A stretch of DNA of 64,000 nucleotides from Gemmatales bacterium. Its GTDB lineage: Bacteria > Planctomycetota > Planctomycetia > Gemmatales > HRBIN36. Where the stretch lies: positions 540,342-604,341 of the forward strand of contig JBEPZY010000003.1 in NCBI GenBank assembly GCA_041640595.1, written 5' to 3'. Under the pieces are notes generated by a model. The model did not search any database. It had not been told where the DNA came from and saw only the letters and a program-made list of their open reading frames with translations. Below, in pieces: positions 18,194 to 29,884 of this stretch (within the stretch, counting starts at the first letter, position 1; each line of letters begins with the position of its first letter). The translations under genes and the position numbers were made by a program.

Positions 18194-19441
18194 GTGCTGC
18201 TTGGGCCATCCTGTGGTGAGTATTTGCGGGCAAGTTACTCAGTCGAGCCGGGTGATGATCGCTGCGCTGGGCCACGCTGGTACTGGCCCCGCAGTGTTTA
18301 CATCCACATTCCCTTCTGCGCCCACCACTGCTGCTACTGCGATTTTGCCGTAGTCACCGGTGCAGTACGGTTCGTGGATGCCTATCTGGATGCGTTGGAA
18401 CGCGAAATCGCCCTGACGCTCCCGGAGCCGGTTTGGGTCGAAACGATTTATATCGGCGGCGGCACGCCTTCGTTTCTGACCACAAAACAACTGAGCCGTT
18501 TACTGGCGATAGTCCAGCGCTACTTCCGTTTCCATCGGCAAGAAGTCGAATATACCCTCGAAGCGAACCCGACAGATGTGAGCGACGAAAAGTTGCAGCT
18601 TCTGGCTGATTATGGCGTGAACCGTCTCAGTCTGGGTGCGCAGTCGTTTGATGCGGACACGCTCCGCTTCCTGGAACGCAATCACACACCGGCCACCATC
18701 GAGAAAGCGGTGAGCCTGGCGCTGCAGTATATTCCGAATGTATCGCTGGACCTGATTTTCGCAGTGCCCGGTCAGAACCTGGAAAAATGGCAGCGCGATC
18801 TGCAGCAAGCCCTGGCACTGGGCGTGCATCATCTGTCCGCTTACAGCCTGACTGTCGAACCCCGCACGGCATTGTGGACGCGAATCCAGCGTGGCCTGGT
18901 TCCACCGCCTGACCAGGAAAGCGACCGCGAGCTTTACGCCTACACCATCGAAGCGCTGTCCTCGGCGGGGTGGGAACATTACGAGATTTCCAACTTTGCC
19001 CGGTCCGGTTTTCAATCCCGACACAATCTGGTTTACTGGGCCGGGGAGGCCTATTTCGGATTCGGTCTGGGGGCCGCGCGGTATGTGTGTGGCACGCGGC
19101 AAACCAATACCCGCTCCTTCCGGCAATACCTGGAAGCCCTGGCGAATAATTTCCTCCCGGTTGCTGAAAGCGAAACACTCCGTCCGCGCGAACGGGCCGT
19201 CGAGACCGCGGCGTTGCAATTACGCCGACGCTCGGGTATCGCCGCAGACCAGTTCGAGATTCAAACCGGATTCTCGCTGTGGAGTTTGCTGGGACGGGTC
19301 ATCGATCGCTACCAGGCCCGCGGCTGGCTTGAAGCGGACGGTAAAACGGTGCGGCTGACGGCGGAAGGGATTTTCTACGCCGACCAGATTTGCGCCGATT
19401 GCATTGCCGCTGGACTCACACCCTCGCGGAACCCGTCATGA
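18194..19441 (+). CDS. hemW: Radical SAM heme chaperone HemW (HemN-like); start uncertain
   Basis: YIHIPFCAHHCCYCDF, GGGTPS, EANP, RLSLGAQSF, YEISNFA, HNLVYW. Confidence 0.9.
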   Translation: MLLGPSCGEYLRASYSVEPGDDRCAGPRWYWPRSVYIHIPFCAHHCCYCDFAVVTGAVRFVDAYLDALEREIALTLPEPVWVETIYIGGGTPSFLTTKQLSRLLAIVQRYFRFHRQEVEYTLEANPTDVSDEKLQLLADYGVNRLSLGAQSFDADTLRFLERNHTPATIEKAVSLALQYIPNVSLDLIFAVPGQNLEKWQRDLQQALALGVHHLSAYSLTVEPRTALWTRIQRGLVPPPDQESDRELYAYTIEALSSAGWEHYEISNFARSGFQSRHNLVYWAGEAYFGFGLGAARYVCGTRQTNTRSFRQYLEALANNFLPVAESETLRPRERAVETAALQLRRRSGIAADQFEIQTGFSLWSLLGRVIDRYQARGWLEADGKTVRLTAEGIFYADQICADCIAAGLTPSRNPS

Positions 19442-19480
19442 TTGGGCCAGACGAAAGCGTGCTCATCTCGGCAAGCGGGA

Positions 19481-20305
19481 TCAACGATTCTCCCACCAGC
19501 TGACCAGCCGTACCAGTGGATTGGCGGATGGGGCGGGGATGGACGGATTTTGAGCCAGATAATCCGCCCACACCTGCGCTTCGGCAGGAAAATCTTTGCC
19601 GGTCAGGGCCACCAATTGCTGGCGGACCTCGTGTTGCAGGGCAACCTGGCGTTGCGGAGGCGGTTTACGTTCCTCGTCGCGGAGAATCTCTACCAGAATG
19701 CTGGCCGTCTGGTGGGAGGGATAATTTTTCAAACCGCGAATGGCCGCCAGTCGCACTTCCAGAGTGGGTCCGAATTGGGCTGCCTTAGCCAAAATGGGAA
19801 CCGCTCGCGGATCCTGCAGCGTAGCCAGCGCCTGCAGGGCGGCGATCTGCACATGCACGTCGCGGTCGTAGTAGAGGACCGGCTCCTTGCTCTGCTCAAC
19901 GCTGAAGAAAAACTCTCGCGCTCGCGGATCCTGACAGCGAGCCAGTCGCTCGATGGCGGCCATACGGGCGATTGCATCCGGTTCGTTCTTGGCACCCCAG
20001 ATCAGGCCTTCGATGAACTTCTGCTGTTCCTCCTCGCTGCCCCCATACTGGCCTGGTTCTTTGAGCTGGCGGTAAGCCCGGGCACGAAAATCGCCGTCCT
20101 TACTGTGTGCCAGTACCTCCAGCGGAGACGGTGGCTGAAACAGCAAACGAAAACGATATCTCCAGTCGTTGACGAAACCGCCTTCCGGACTGTGCGCGGT
20201 GATGTCCTCCCAGAAGTAAGCGCAGCCGCAACAAGCGAACGTGGCAAACACCATGACCGAGCCAGCCAGCCAGGCGGCAACTTTTTTACGCTCCCTTCGC
20301 CGCAT
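19481..20305 (-). CDS. HEAT-repeat putative lipoprotein
   Basis: Basic plus hydrophobic N-terminus ending 'FACCGC'; HEAT units 'VQIAALQALATLQDPRAVPIL', 'VRLAAIRGL'. Confidence 0.75.
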   Translation of the reverse strand: MRRRERKKVAAWLAGSVMVFATFACCGCAYFWEDITAHSPEGGFVNDWRYRFRLLFQPPSPLEVLAHSKDGDFRARAYRQLKEPGQYGGSEEEQQKFIEGLIWGAKNEPDAIARMAAIERLARCQDPRAREFFFSVEQSKEPVLYYDRDVHVQIAALQALATLQDPRAVPILAKAAQFGPTLEVRLAAIRGLKNYPSHQTASILVEILRDEERKPPPQRQVALQHEVRQQLVALTGKDFPAEAQVWADYLAQNPSIPAPSANPLVRLVSWWENR

Positions 20306-20538
20306 GGCTCGCGGTGAGCCTGGCACCGAATCTTTACCACCGCGTCTCGGCTGGCCGTTCTCCTGCTTCGTCAGGAACTGCCTCCCGCTTGTCGTTGAGC
20401 GTACCTGGAATTTGCTAGCCATCCCCTGTTCCCCTTCAGCCGGCCCCGATCAGTCGCCCGCCTCCTCCCACCACGAAGACTGCACAAACTTCGCGTCGGC
20501 GTCAGGATCTGCACTTGGCTCGACGACCCGGCTCGACG

Positions 20539-20799
20539 CTGCGATGCCCCACATCGCCACGATGACCCGCCAATGTGCCTGGCCACTCCTGCCGTGTTCC
20601 ACCGCTCGGGCTGCGATGCCCCACATCGCCACCATTACCCGCCAATGTGCCTGGCCACTCCCGCCATGATTTGCCGCTCGGACCGCGATGCTCCACGGCG
20701 CCACGATGACCCCCCAATGTGCCTGGCCACTCCCGCCATGATTTGCCGCTCGGACCGCGATGCTCCACGGCGCCACGATTACCCGCAAATATGCCTGGC
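20539..20799. repeat. Tandem repeat, 72-bp unit x about 3.6, with internal hairpin
   Basis: GCGATGC at 20541, 20613, 20685, 20757; units 1-2 contain GCGATG-CCCCA-CATCGC. Confidence 0.92.
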
Positions 20800-20909
20800 T
20801 AGGCTGCCGTATAGGGCAAGTGCCTCGGCCATGCAAGAGCAATCTCACGCTTCCGGGCCGAGCAAGAGTCAGCCCTATTTCCGGTTTGCTCCGTCGAAAA
20901 CACGCCTGG

Positions 20910-21076
20910 GTCTGTGAGCAAACCAATGGCGGACGGCATAGAGGATCATGTTTTGTTCAAGTGCGCGCCAGCAATGTTTGGGAGCAAACCAACGGCGAAC
21001 GGCATCGGGGTGCCGGTGCCGTGGGTGTTTCGCTTAGCTCCGCGTGTGAATGCAAACTCACGGCCAACGGTATCGG
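20910..21076. repeat. Three degenerate repeats with two unique spacers (periods 66, 68)
   Basis: GCAAACCAATGGCGGACGGCAT (20918), GCAAACCAACGGCGAACGGCAT (20984), GCAAACTCACGGCCAACGGTAT (21052). Confidence 0.78.
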
Positions 21077-21084
21077 CCAGCCCC

Positions 21085-21180
21085 CGCAGTGCCGCTTCAT
21101 CGTTCAACATCCGCTGGGCTTTGATAAGATTGTTGACATGGATATGTCAGCGCAGTGCCGCTTCATGGTCCAACATCCGC
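21085..21180. repeat. Repeat-spacer-repeat unit, 30+36, period 66
   Basis: CGCAGTGCCGCTTCATCGTTCAACATCCGC vs CGCAGTGCCGCTTCATGGTCCAACATCCGC (2 mismatches) around an AT-rich spacer. Confidence 0.9.
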
Positions 21181-21248
21181 CCTCGGCATGCCCCGAATTT
21201 CCTATCGAGTTTGCGCCGCTGACGCAACCGACGCTACGGGAATGACTT

Positions 21249-21264
21249 GAGGAAAATTTTCCTC
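21249..21264. promoter_or_regulatory. Perfect 16-bp palindrome, candidate operator upstream of the toxin gene
   Basis: GAGGAAAATTTTCCTC, followed by an A/T tract and TTGACC at about 21290. Confidence 0.45.
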
Positions 21265-21389
21265 TGCAGAAAAAATTTTGCGTTTGCTCTTGACCGGCAA
21301 GCGGATTTTTGCTGCAAGCAACTTCGGCCAAGCCTTTCTGTAACACGTTCACACAAGAGCAGCAACCATGAGCTGGCGTTCTTCCTGGT

Positions 21390-23612
<2,223 letters not shown>

Positions 23613-25071
23613 GTGTGGGTTGGCTGATCCCCCAGGAGCTTGACGACTGGCTCACAAAATATCAGGATCGTACTTTTGAAGCTGAGCACTACATTTGGTT
23701 TGAAGGCCGCCCTCTCGACCGGAAAGAGGCAGTCAGGTTACTCGAAGACCGCATACGGCGCATTGACGAGCAATTACCGAAGCAAGGGGAGCCTCGCTTA
23801 CAGCCACCTCTCCTGCGTCCCCTTCCAGCAGTAAATCCCGACATTGAGTCATCTCTATTACAAATGCAAAAAGACAGACTCAAGCAATGTGTCGAAGTTA
23901 TAAACAATCCGCGAATAGACTTATCTTGGTTCGCTGTTGACAATGGTTATCTCAGGCCTTTTGGCAAGGCTGCCGCCGATTGGTTGAAGCAGGGAATTCT
24001 TGCCAGGGCACAAGCCCAACAAGCGGCTTTCGAGTTTACTTTTACTTTGACTTTCCTTAGTGTGGCGGCAGTTAGTGTTCTTCCGGGGATGCAATATTTC
24101 CATCTAGTAGGCTGGAAAACTGTGGCATGGTCTGCTGCGGCCGCTGGCGGTTGTGCTGCCTTTATGTCGCTTACAGACCAATTGATCGAGAAATATATAG
24201 AGCACTCCCGGGCAGAAATTGATTATGGACAGATTCTCCTAAACGCAGCACTAGCTTCGGCGTTAGCGATTCCTCTAGCCCCGCTCGGCCCCCTTGTACA
24301 GCGTTCTTTTGCTAATTATCCGAAAACAACCCTTCTCACTCTACTAGGACTTCAGAGCGCACAAACTGCAACCGACGTCGCAGTTCAACTTCACAACAGT
24401 AAGCCCTATCACGCGGCCGCCCACGGTTTAGTCGACACGATGCTTATGGTTCCTACCACGATTGCAATCGCGCGGCCACAACTTCTTGTCAAGAAACCCC
24501 AGCCGGCGCAAACCGTACCACCAATTGTGATCGAACTACCTGTTGACCTGGGCGACCTGAGGATAACTCCGGTGTTCGTGGAGCAGCTTGGTTCCACGGT
24601 AATTCCAGTTCGCATCCTTTCCCAATCGGGTGGCCGACTGCGTGTTTGGGACCTCGGCAACGATGCTCGCGGCCGTATAATAGAGTTAGCCCTGGGGGCA
24701 AATTTGCCAAAGAACTTCGAAGTCATCGATCGCTTCGAGCGAGAAACTGGACTCATCCGCAGCATCAAGAGCAAAGACTTACGTCTGAAAACTTATGAAA
24801 ATAAGCAAACTGTACAGCGTGTGGTTAAAGAGGATATCGATAGGGTAGCTAAATTTAGTGGCGCTGAATATACTATTCGTGCTACTGGACAGCCTATAGT
24901 CATAAGACGAGAGGATATTCGCATTAGGGAGGTAATGCTGGCAATACCAAGTGATACCCCCGAGCAGCGAGTGCTGTGGCTGACAGAACTTATGGAGTAT
25001 GCGAACGAGAAAGGTGTACGCTTTATTATTCAGAAAATTGAATAAAATGAACAGCAAGAAGGAAACATTGT

Positions 25072-25575
25072 ATGCAGGCGGATCGGGATCAGTCTGCTAA
25101 GGTTCTTCTCTACAAGGGAAAGTGGTATATAGTGCCCCACGCAATCAGTGCTGAGGGTTTCACAACCCTTGGTCTCGAATGGTTTACCGTAGATGCGACG
25201 GAGCCTGCGGAGAAGAAAGGGGAATTAGTGTATGAGGCGCTGCGGTGTTCTGGTAAAAAGCTGCCCTATAGCGTTTATGACCCCAGACCTAGATCGCAAG
25301 ATGTGCACTCGGTGATGACCGGTGCAAAACGGCTTACAAGGAAGATCCTTAATCAAATCTGGGGGGTCACTGTGAGTGTTGTCGGTGACGAGATTAGAGT
25401 TTACCCGCAGAAAAAGGTCAGGCCCTGGCAGGCTCTGTATAAGGAACCCATATCTCTTCCGTATCCGAGTCCGCCGGAGAAACTGGTAGAAGCGATTATT
25501 GAGGCGTTTCGTCGGAGCGAGCCTCCGCCACCCGAAGAAAACCTATTCGGTTCAGTCTCGGCACCAGAAGCCTAA
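25072..25575 (+). CDS. Putative immunity protein, CdiI-like
   Basis: Directly downstream of the nuclease, AAGGA RBS; 'KKGELVYEALRCS' and 'EKLVEAIIEAFRRS' helices resemble CdiI (DUF1436-like). Confidence 0.65.
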   Translation: MQADRDQSAKVLLYKGKWYIVPHAISAEGFTTLGLEWFTVDATEPAEKKGELVYEALRCSGKKLPYSVYDPRPRSQDVHSVMTGAKRLTRKILNQIWGVTVSVVGDEIRVYPQKKVRPWQALYKEPISLPYPSPPEKLVEAIIEAFRRSEPPPPEENLFGSVSAPEA

Positions 25576-25837
25576 CTCCGACAATCGTCTGGAGGGAGTT
25601 TTGCTTCATGAAGAAGAGACAAAGACACGGAACGTGCGAGAGACTTGATCCTGGCAATGCTCTTCAGCTTCTTGGGGAGCGAGTTTAGGCACACGCTAGT
25701 GCTGGATATACCACAATGTCTGCTCGCCCGTCCTTGGCGGCCCCGGTTGCAACGAGTCAACGCAAATGCGAATGCGGAATATAGCGACAAGCCTATACTG
25801 GGGCTACCGGGCGAAGATGGAGAAAAGGTCTGCATAG

Positions 25838-27058
25838 AAGGAAGACGACGGTAGGCATACGGGCGGCGGAGGTGATACGTCTGGCGGAGGCGGCGGCGAT
25901 AGGGGCGGGGGTGGGGATAGCGGGGGCGACGGAAGCAGCGGCGATACGGGCGAAACGGGAACAATTGGCGACACAGGTGGATCTGGGACCACCGGCGACA
26001 GCGGTGGGACGGGGACCACCGGCGACGAAAGCACGCACACGCAAGAAACTTCCGGCGGCGATGAACAACGACAAGAGAATAACCTCCTCTCGCAAGCCGG
26101 TCTTTCAGTCGAATACCAGAATTGGCTCTTCACACACGGATTTTACAGCGAGGCACTTTATTACGCATTGCAAGGTAAGAGGGGCAAAGACATCGAAGAT
26201 GCCTTGAAGGGAGACCCTGAGTTAGGTCCTAAATTCAGCAATGCCTTACTGGATTCTAAGTATCCTCCGCCCCCAGAGGCGAGGCGATTTGTTCAGGAAA
26301 GTAATCGCTGGCGGAGTTGGGATAACCTGAACCTTGCGAACCCGCCGAACGTGGGCACACCTCTCGAAACGAAGTTCCTGCCGATTCTGATCTTCGACTC
26401 TAACGATCGGCAAGCCCTTCCGTTCGGATTCGCCACCGACGATAAAGCTGTTGAAGCTGTTAAACAGGCACTGCGTGAGGCCGGCCACATGCTTTTCGTC
26501 GAACTTGACAGGAGCAATAGGAAACTCATCGTGTACCAACTCACGAATACCGACGACAACGAAAGCCTCACCAAGTTCCTCAATGGTCTTGAAAAAGTCA
26601 ACGAGTTACCCGTGTCTAAGTTGCGTGACGATATCCTGAACACTATCAAGGCACAAGGTAAAGAGATCGCCCTCGAGTTCGTTGAAGACGGATTGACTGA
26701 AAAGGATATTGGCCGCATCGTCGCTAAGGTATATGACGGCGTGGTGAAAGGACTCCTACCAGCGGAGAAGTTTCCAGTTGCTTCCTTGTCGGTTATCAAG
26801 GATGGTTTCAGTTTCCGAATCGATCCGGACCCGCAGAAAATCCTGGATGGCACCTGGCTGGCGGAACAGGCTGGGCGGGTCTTGATCCAGCGCGAGGATA
26901 TCACTAAGATCATCCCAACCAGATTTGGTTTCAAAGTCCAATATGGCTATCAGGATAAGAAGTACGACATCGGGCTGGTAGGCGAAGGCCAGCTGCGCCT
27001 GCTGGGCGAAAAGAAAATTGAGGCGGAACTGAATATAGGGGTACTGATTCGCTGGTGA
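25838..27058 (+). pseudogene. Start-less orphan toxin C-terminal cassette (TGD linker homology arm plus unknown domain)
   Basis: Frame is open from after TAG 25835-25837 to TGA 27058; the first candidate start is TTG 26168; 25925-26025 matches 22683-22783 at 98/101 nt, in frame. Confidence 0.75.
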
Positions 27059-27066
27059 GGCAAGCC

Positions 27067-28350
27067 ATGAGCCAGGATGGTCGAATAATTTTTAGATATA
27101 GGAGTGGACTTGCTGTAGCCCTGGCAACCGGTTTGGTCTTTTCGGCTTTGCAAGATGCTCCTCTTACGGTTTCAACCGGTTGTCAGGCCGCTCAGGAATA
27201 TGTGCCGCTGGCTTGTCATATCCCTGTTGCCTGGCAGCAGGATGTCATAGCGGCTCGAGAAAAGGGCTACGAATTCCTTCGCAGTGTCGGTGTTAGCAAG
27301 AAATGCTTTTATATGGGCCATAGATGGTACTTTGATATAATGGGCCCGTGGATACGCGAAAAAGTGGGACCCCAAGGAGAAGCTCTGACTTTCATAACTC
27401 CCGAATGGTTAGACGCAAAACACCTTCCGACTATGTTCCGTTATTTTCCCGAAGTGGAAATTCTGAAGATTTGGTGCGAGAGAATTGACGAAACCGTCGC
27501 AGATGCTATAGCCAATCATCTGCCAGGCCTGACGCACGTGTACTTAGACACAGGCGGGGTCTCTGATTATACGCTGAAAAGCCTGGCCAGGCTGAAATAT
27601 CTGGAGGTATTATCGGTCCCCCCAGGAACTATCACCGAAAAAGGGTTTGCATATTTACCCGAATACCCGTCCCTCAAATATTTCGCACTAAGTCCCACAT
27701 ATAACCGACTGGTGGGAGGAATACGTTACCTAACCAGGTGCCGGAATTTGGAAGTTCTCTGGCTAGGTTTCCTGGGAAAGGAGGATCCACCGCCCATAGG
27801 TGCCCCTCCTCCGGATCCGCCCGTGTCTGGCAAAGCCCCTGTGAAGCAGTTTGTTCCCCCCGAAGTCGCAGCAGAATTGGCGAGGATACCGCGGCTAAAG
27901 TATTTATGTTTACCATTCTCTAACATTGATGACGATTTCGTGCGCGAGCTTTCGAAATCGCGAACCATAGTTTACCTGGACCTTAGTTCCTGCCATCATC
28001 TGAGTGATAGATCAGCGGAATACCTTTCCGAGATGAAACAGTTGGAAGTCGTTGAGCTGCATTGCAAGCAACTTACTGACCAATCAGTAAAAGCTCTCGC
28101 CCGCCTGCCACGATTGCGCGGCCTCTCTCTTCTGGGTGTTTCCAAGATTACGGATGCTTCGGTCCCTGCGTTTTGTCAGATGAAAAACCTCGAGTATCTG
28201 TGCTTAGACAGTAGCGGGGTGAGCGCGGCCGGAGGCGACAAGATTATCGAGGCGCTGGCTCCGCATAAGCTGGTGAACCTCTGGGGCAAGTGTTCCTACG
28301 GCCCAGGCCATTACTGGTACCGTCCTTATCATTATCGCGCCCCGAAGTAA
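27067..28350 (+). CDS. Leucine-rich-repeat protein with N-terminal signal/TM segment; putative immunity partner of the orphan cassette
   Basis: LRR units 'LKYLCLPFSNIDD', 'IVYLDLSSCHHLSD', 'LRGLSLLGVSKITD', 'LEYLCLDSSGVS'; upstream GTG 27055 overlaps the TGA of the previous ORF. Confidence 0.8.
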   Translation: MSQDGRIIFRYRSGLAVALATGLVFSALQDAPLTVSTGCQAAQEYVPLACHIPVAWQQDVIAAREKGYEFLRSVGVSKKCFYMGHRWYFDIMGPWIREKVGPQGEALTFITPEWLDAKHLPTMFRYFPEVEILKIWCERIDETVADAIANHLPGLTHVYLDTGGVSDYTLKSLARLKYLEVLSVPPGTITEKGFAYLPEYPSLKYFALSPTYNRLVGGIRYLTRCRNLEVLWLGFLGKEDPPPIGAPPPDPPVSGKAPVKQFVPPEVAAELARIPRLKYLCLPFSNIDDDFVRELSKSRTIVYLDLSSCHHLSDRSAEYLSEMKQLEVVELHCKQLTDQSVKALARLPRLRGLSLLGVSKITDASVPAFCQMKNLEYLCLDSSGVSAAGGDKIIEALAPHKLVNLWGKCSYGPGHYWYRPYHYRAPK

Positions 28351-28420
28351 CCAGCGAGATTGGTTTCTCCTGCGTGCAGCCAATCTGCTCCGCCGCAGAC
28401 CGAACCACCGCCTGACCCCC

Positions 28421-29460
28421 GGCAACGACTCGCCACCGCAAACCGAACCACTACCTGTTGACCAGAATGACCAACTTCAGCTCGACAATGTCGGGGAAGA
28501 TTATGTTAGCATCTATATTGGGCCGCTGGTAGATGATGAAGCTGTGCGGTTGGTCATATGTGTTAGAGAAGACAAGCATCTATATTGAGCCGTTGGTAGA
28601 TGATGAAGGCCATGTGCTTAGCTATACGGTAACCGGTCTGCCGGACGGCATTGACGTTGTCTATGTTGAGGTTGCGGCAGATGGCAGAGAACCGGGTGCC
28701 TATCTGCAAGGTTATATCGCCTACAGTAACGTGGCCAGCAACGCCCCACCGGTGGATTTTCATGTTATCATGACCGTTACCAAAGAAGGCGATGGGAATA
28801 GTTTCCAAAGCGATAGTTTCACGTGGACGATTAGGGACACATCTAGGTTAGGGTCTATATCTGACCAAGTTTCAAGGGAGGGCGAGTTTATTTTCTGGAT
28901 ACCCCCAGTCGCCAGGACGGAAGGGGAGACTTTGGTGATCCATTATTCGGGATTGCTCTTGGGTCTGGAATACTTTGCAAACTCGGGGCTGGTGTATGGA
29001 TATGTCAGTTACGCTAACATTGCCAGCAATGGTCACGCCCGATCCTTGGAAGTCACCATTTTCGTGAACGACGGGACAGGTATGGAGAGCAAAACCTTCC
29101 AGTGGCAGGTTGAGGATACGAACAGGATTCCTGTTTTGCCGGATGTTAGTATTAGCGAAGGCGACTATATAAACGTGAAAATAAATGCTGAAGACGCGAC
29201 GGGAGCCAGCTTGACGTATGCCGCGGATAACCTGCCCCGGGGTCTAAGAATAGACTCGGCGACAGGACGCATTACTGGAACGGTTTCTTATCGCAACGTC
29301 GGCCCTAGAGAAGGAGTGAGGGAATTCATTATAAGCATTCGCGTTACTGATGGCGAGAGCGAGGATATGAGGACGGTCACCTGGACAGTCCAGGATAAGG
29401 ACTGGTGGTCGGCACCGCCGAACCTGACTAACTCAGAGGGCGAGGATGTGTGCTTTGAAC
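28421..29460 (+). pseudogene. Broken cassette: GND-PPQTEP linker copy followed by three putative Ig domains, frameshifted by a 67-bp insertion/duplication and decaying at about 29460
   Basis: 28390-28460 copies 22871-22915 (PPQTEPPPDP); 'SYTVTGLPDG', 'YAADNLPRGLRIDSATGRITG'; no start codon; the downstream ORF tail runs into repeats. Confidence 0.75.
28508..28608. repeat. 34-bp duplication of coding sequence around a 33-bp insert (period 67)
   Basis: AGCATCTATATTGGGCCGCTGGTAGATGATGAAG (28508-28541) vs AGCATCTATATTGAGCCGTTGGTAGATGATGAAG (28575-28608). Confidence 0.92.
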
Positions 29461-29519
29461 TTTGTGCTCCCAGTGTTTCGGCAGGCTGGGACAACACGGT
29501 GCGTCTGTGCGCTTGCAAA

Positions 29520-29613
29520 GGCCGAGCCTTGTTTTTAGTGGTCCTAGTGATCAAAGACGTCGCTGACGCCGTCAACCGTATGCGTGGCCGAGCCTTGTCT
29601 TTAGTGCTCCTAG
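29520..29613. repeat. Repeat-spacer-repeat unit, 28+38, period 66
   Basis: GGCCGAGCCTTGTTTTTAGTGGTCCTAG vs GGCCGAGCCTTGTCTTTAGTGCTCCTAG. Confidence 0.88.
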
Positions 29614-29646
29614 CATCCCCGAAAATACAGATCATCCGGCAGGACC

Positions 29647-29754
29647 GTTATCATGCCCGCGCCTTACGTCCAGCGGAGCTTCGCTTCGGCCGTAGAAGAG
29701 GGTTTACAGATGTAATGTGTTATCATGCCCGCGCCTTAGGTCCAACAGAGCTTC
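29647..29754. repeat. Repeat-spacer-repeat unit, 36+36, period 72 (third copy at about 29921-29967)
   Basis: GTTATCATGCCCGCGCCTTACGTCCAGCGGAGCTTC vs GTTATCATGCCCGCGCCTTAGGTCCAACAGAGCTTC. Confidence 0.9.
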
Positions 29755-29786
29755 CTTCAAAGCTGGCGATAAGTCAGGTCGGCGGC

Positions 29787-29884
29787 CCTCTTCCAAAACT
29801 TGAGGAAGCACAGGTGACCAACTTTGTGCCAATTACGCCGACCGCCAGCCCAGCCTTTTCCAAAACTTGGGGAGGCACAAGTAA
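29787..29884. repeat. Repeat-spacer-repeat unit, 31+36, period 67
   Basis: CCTCTTCCAAAACTTGAGGAAGCACAGGTGA vs CCTTTTCCAAAACTTGGGGAGGCACAAGTAA. Confidence 0.8.

Noticed and set aside
19442..20317. 291-aa plus-strand ORF
   Set aside because: Antisense shadow of the HEAT-repeat lipoprotein, with no recognisable motifs.
20450..21245. Several ORFs over the repeat region (for example 20450..20926 minus, 20760..21245 plus)
   Set aside because: Open frames arise from GC-rich 72/66-bp repeats; no clear RBS or protein-like composition.
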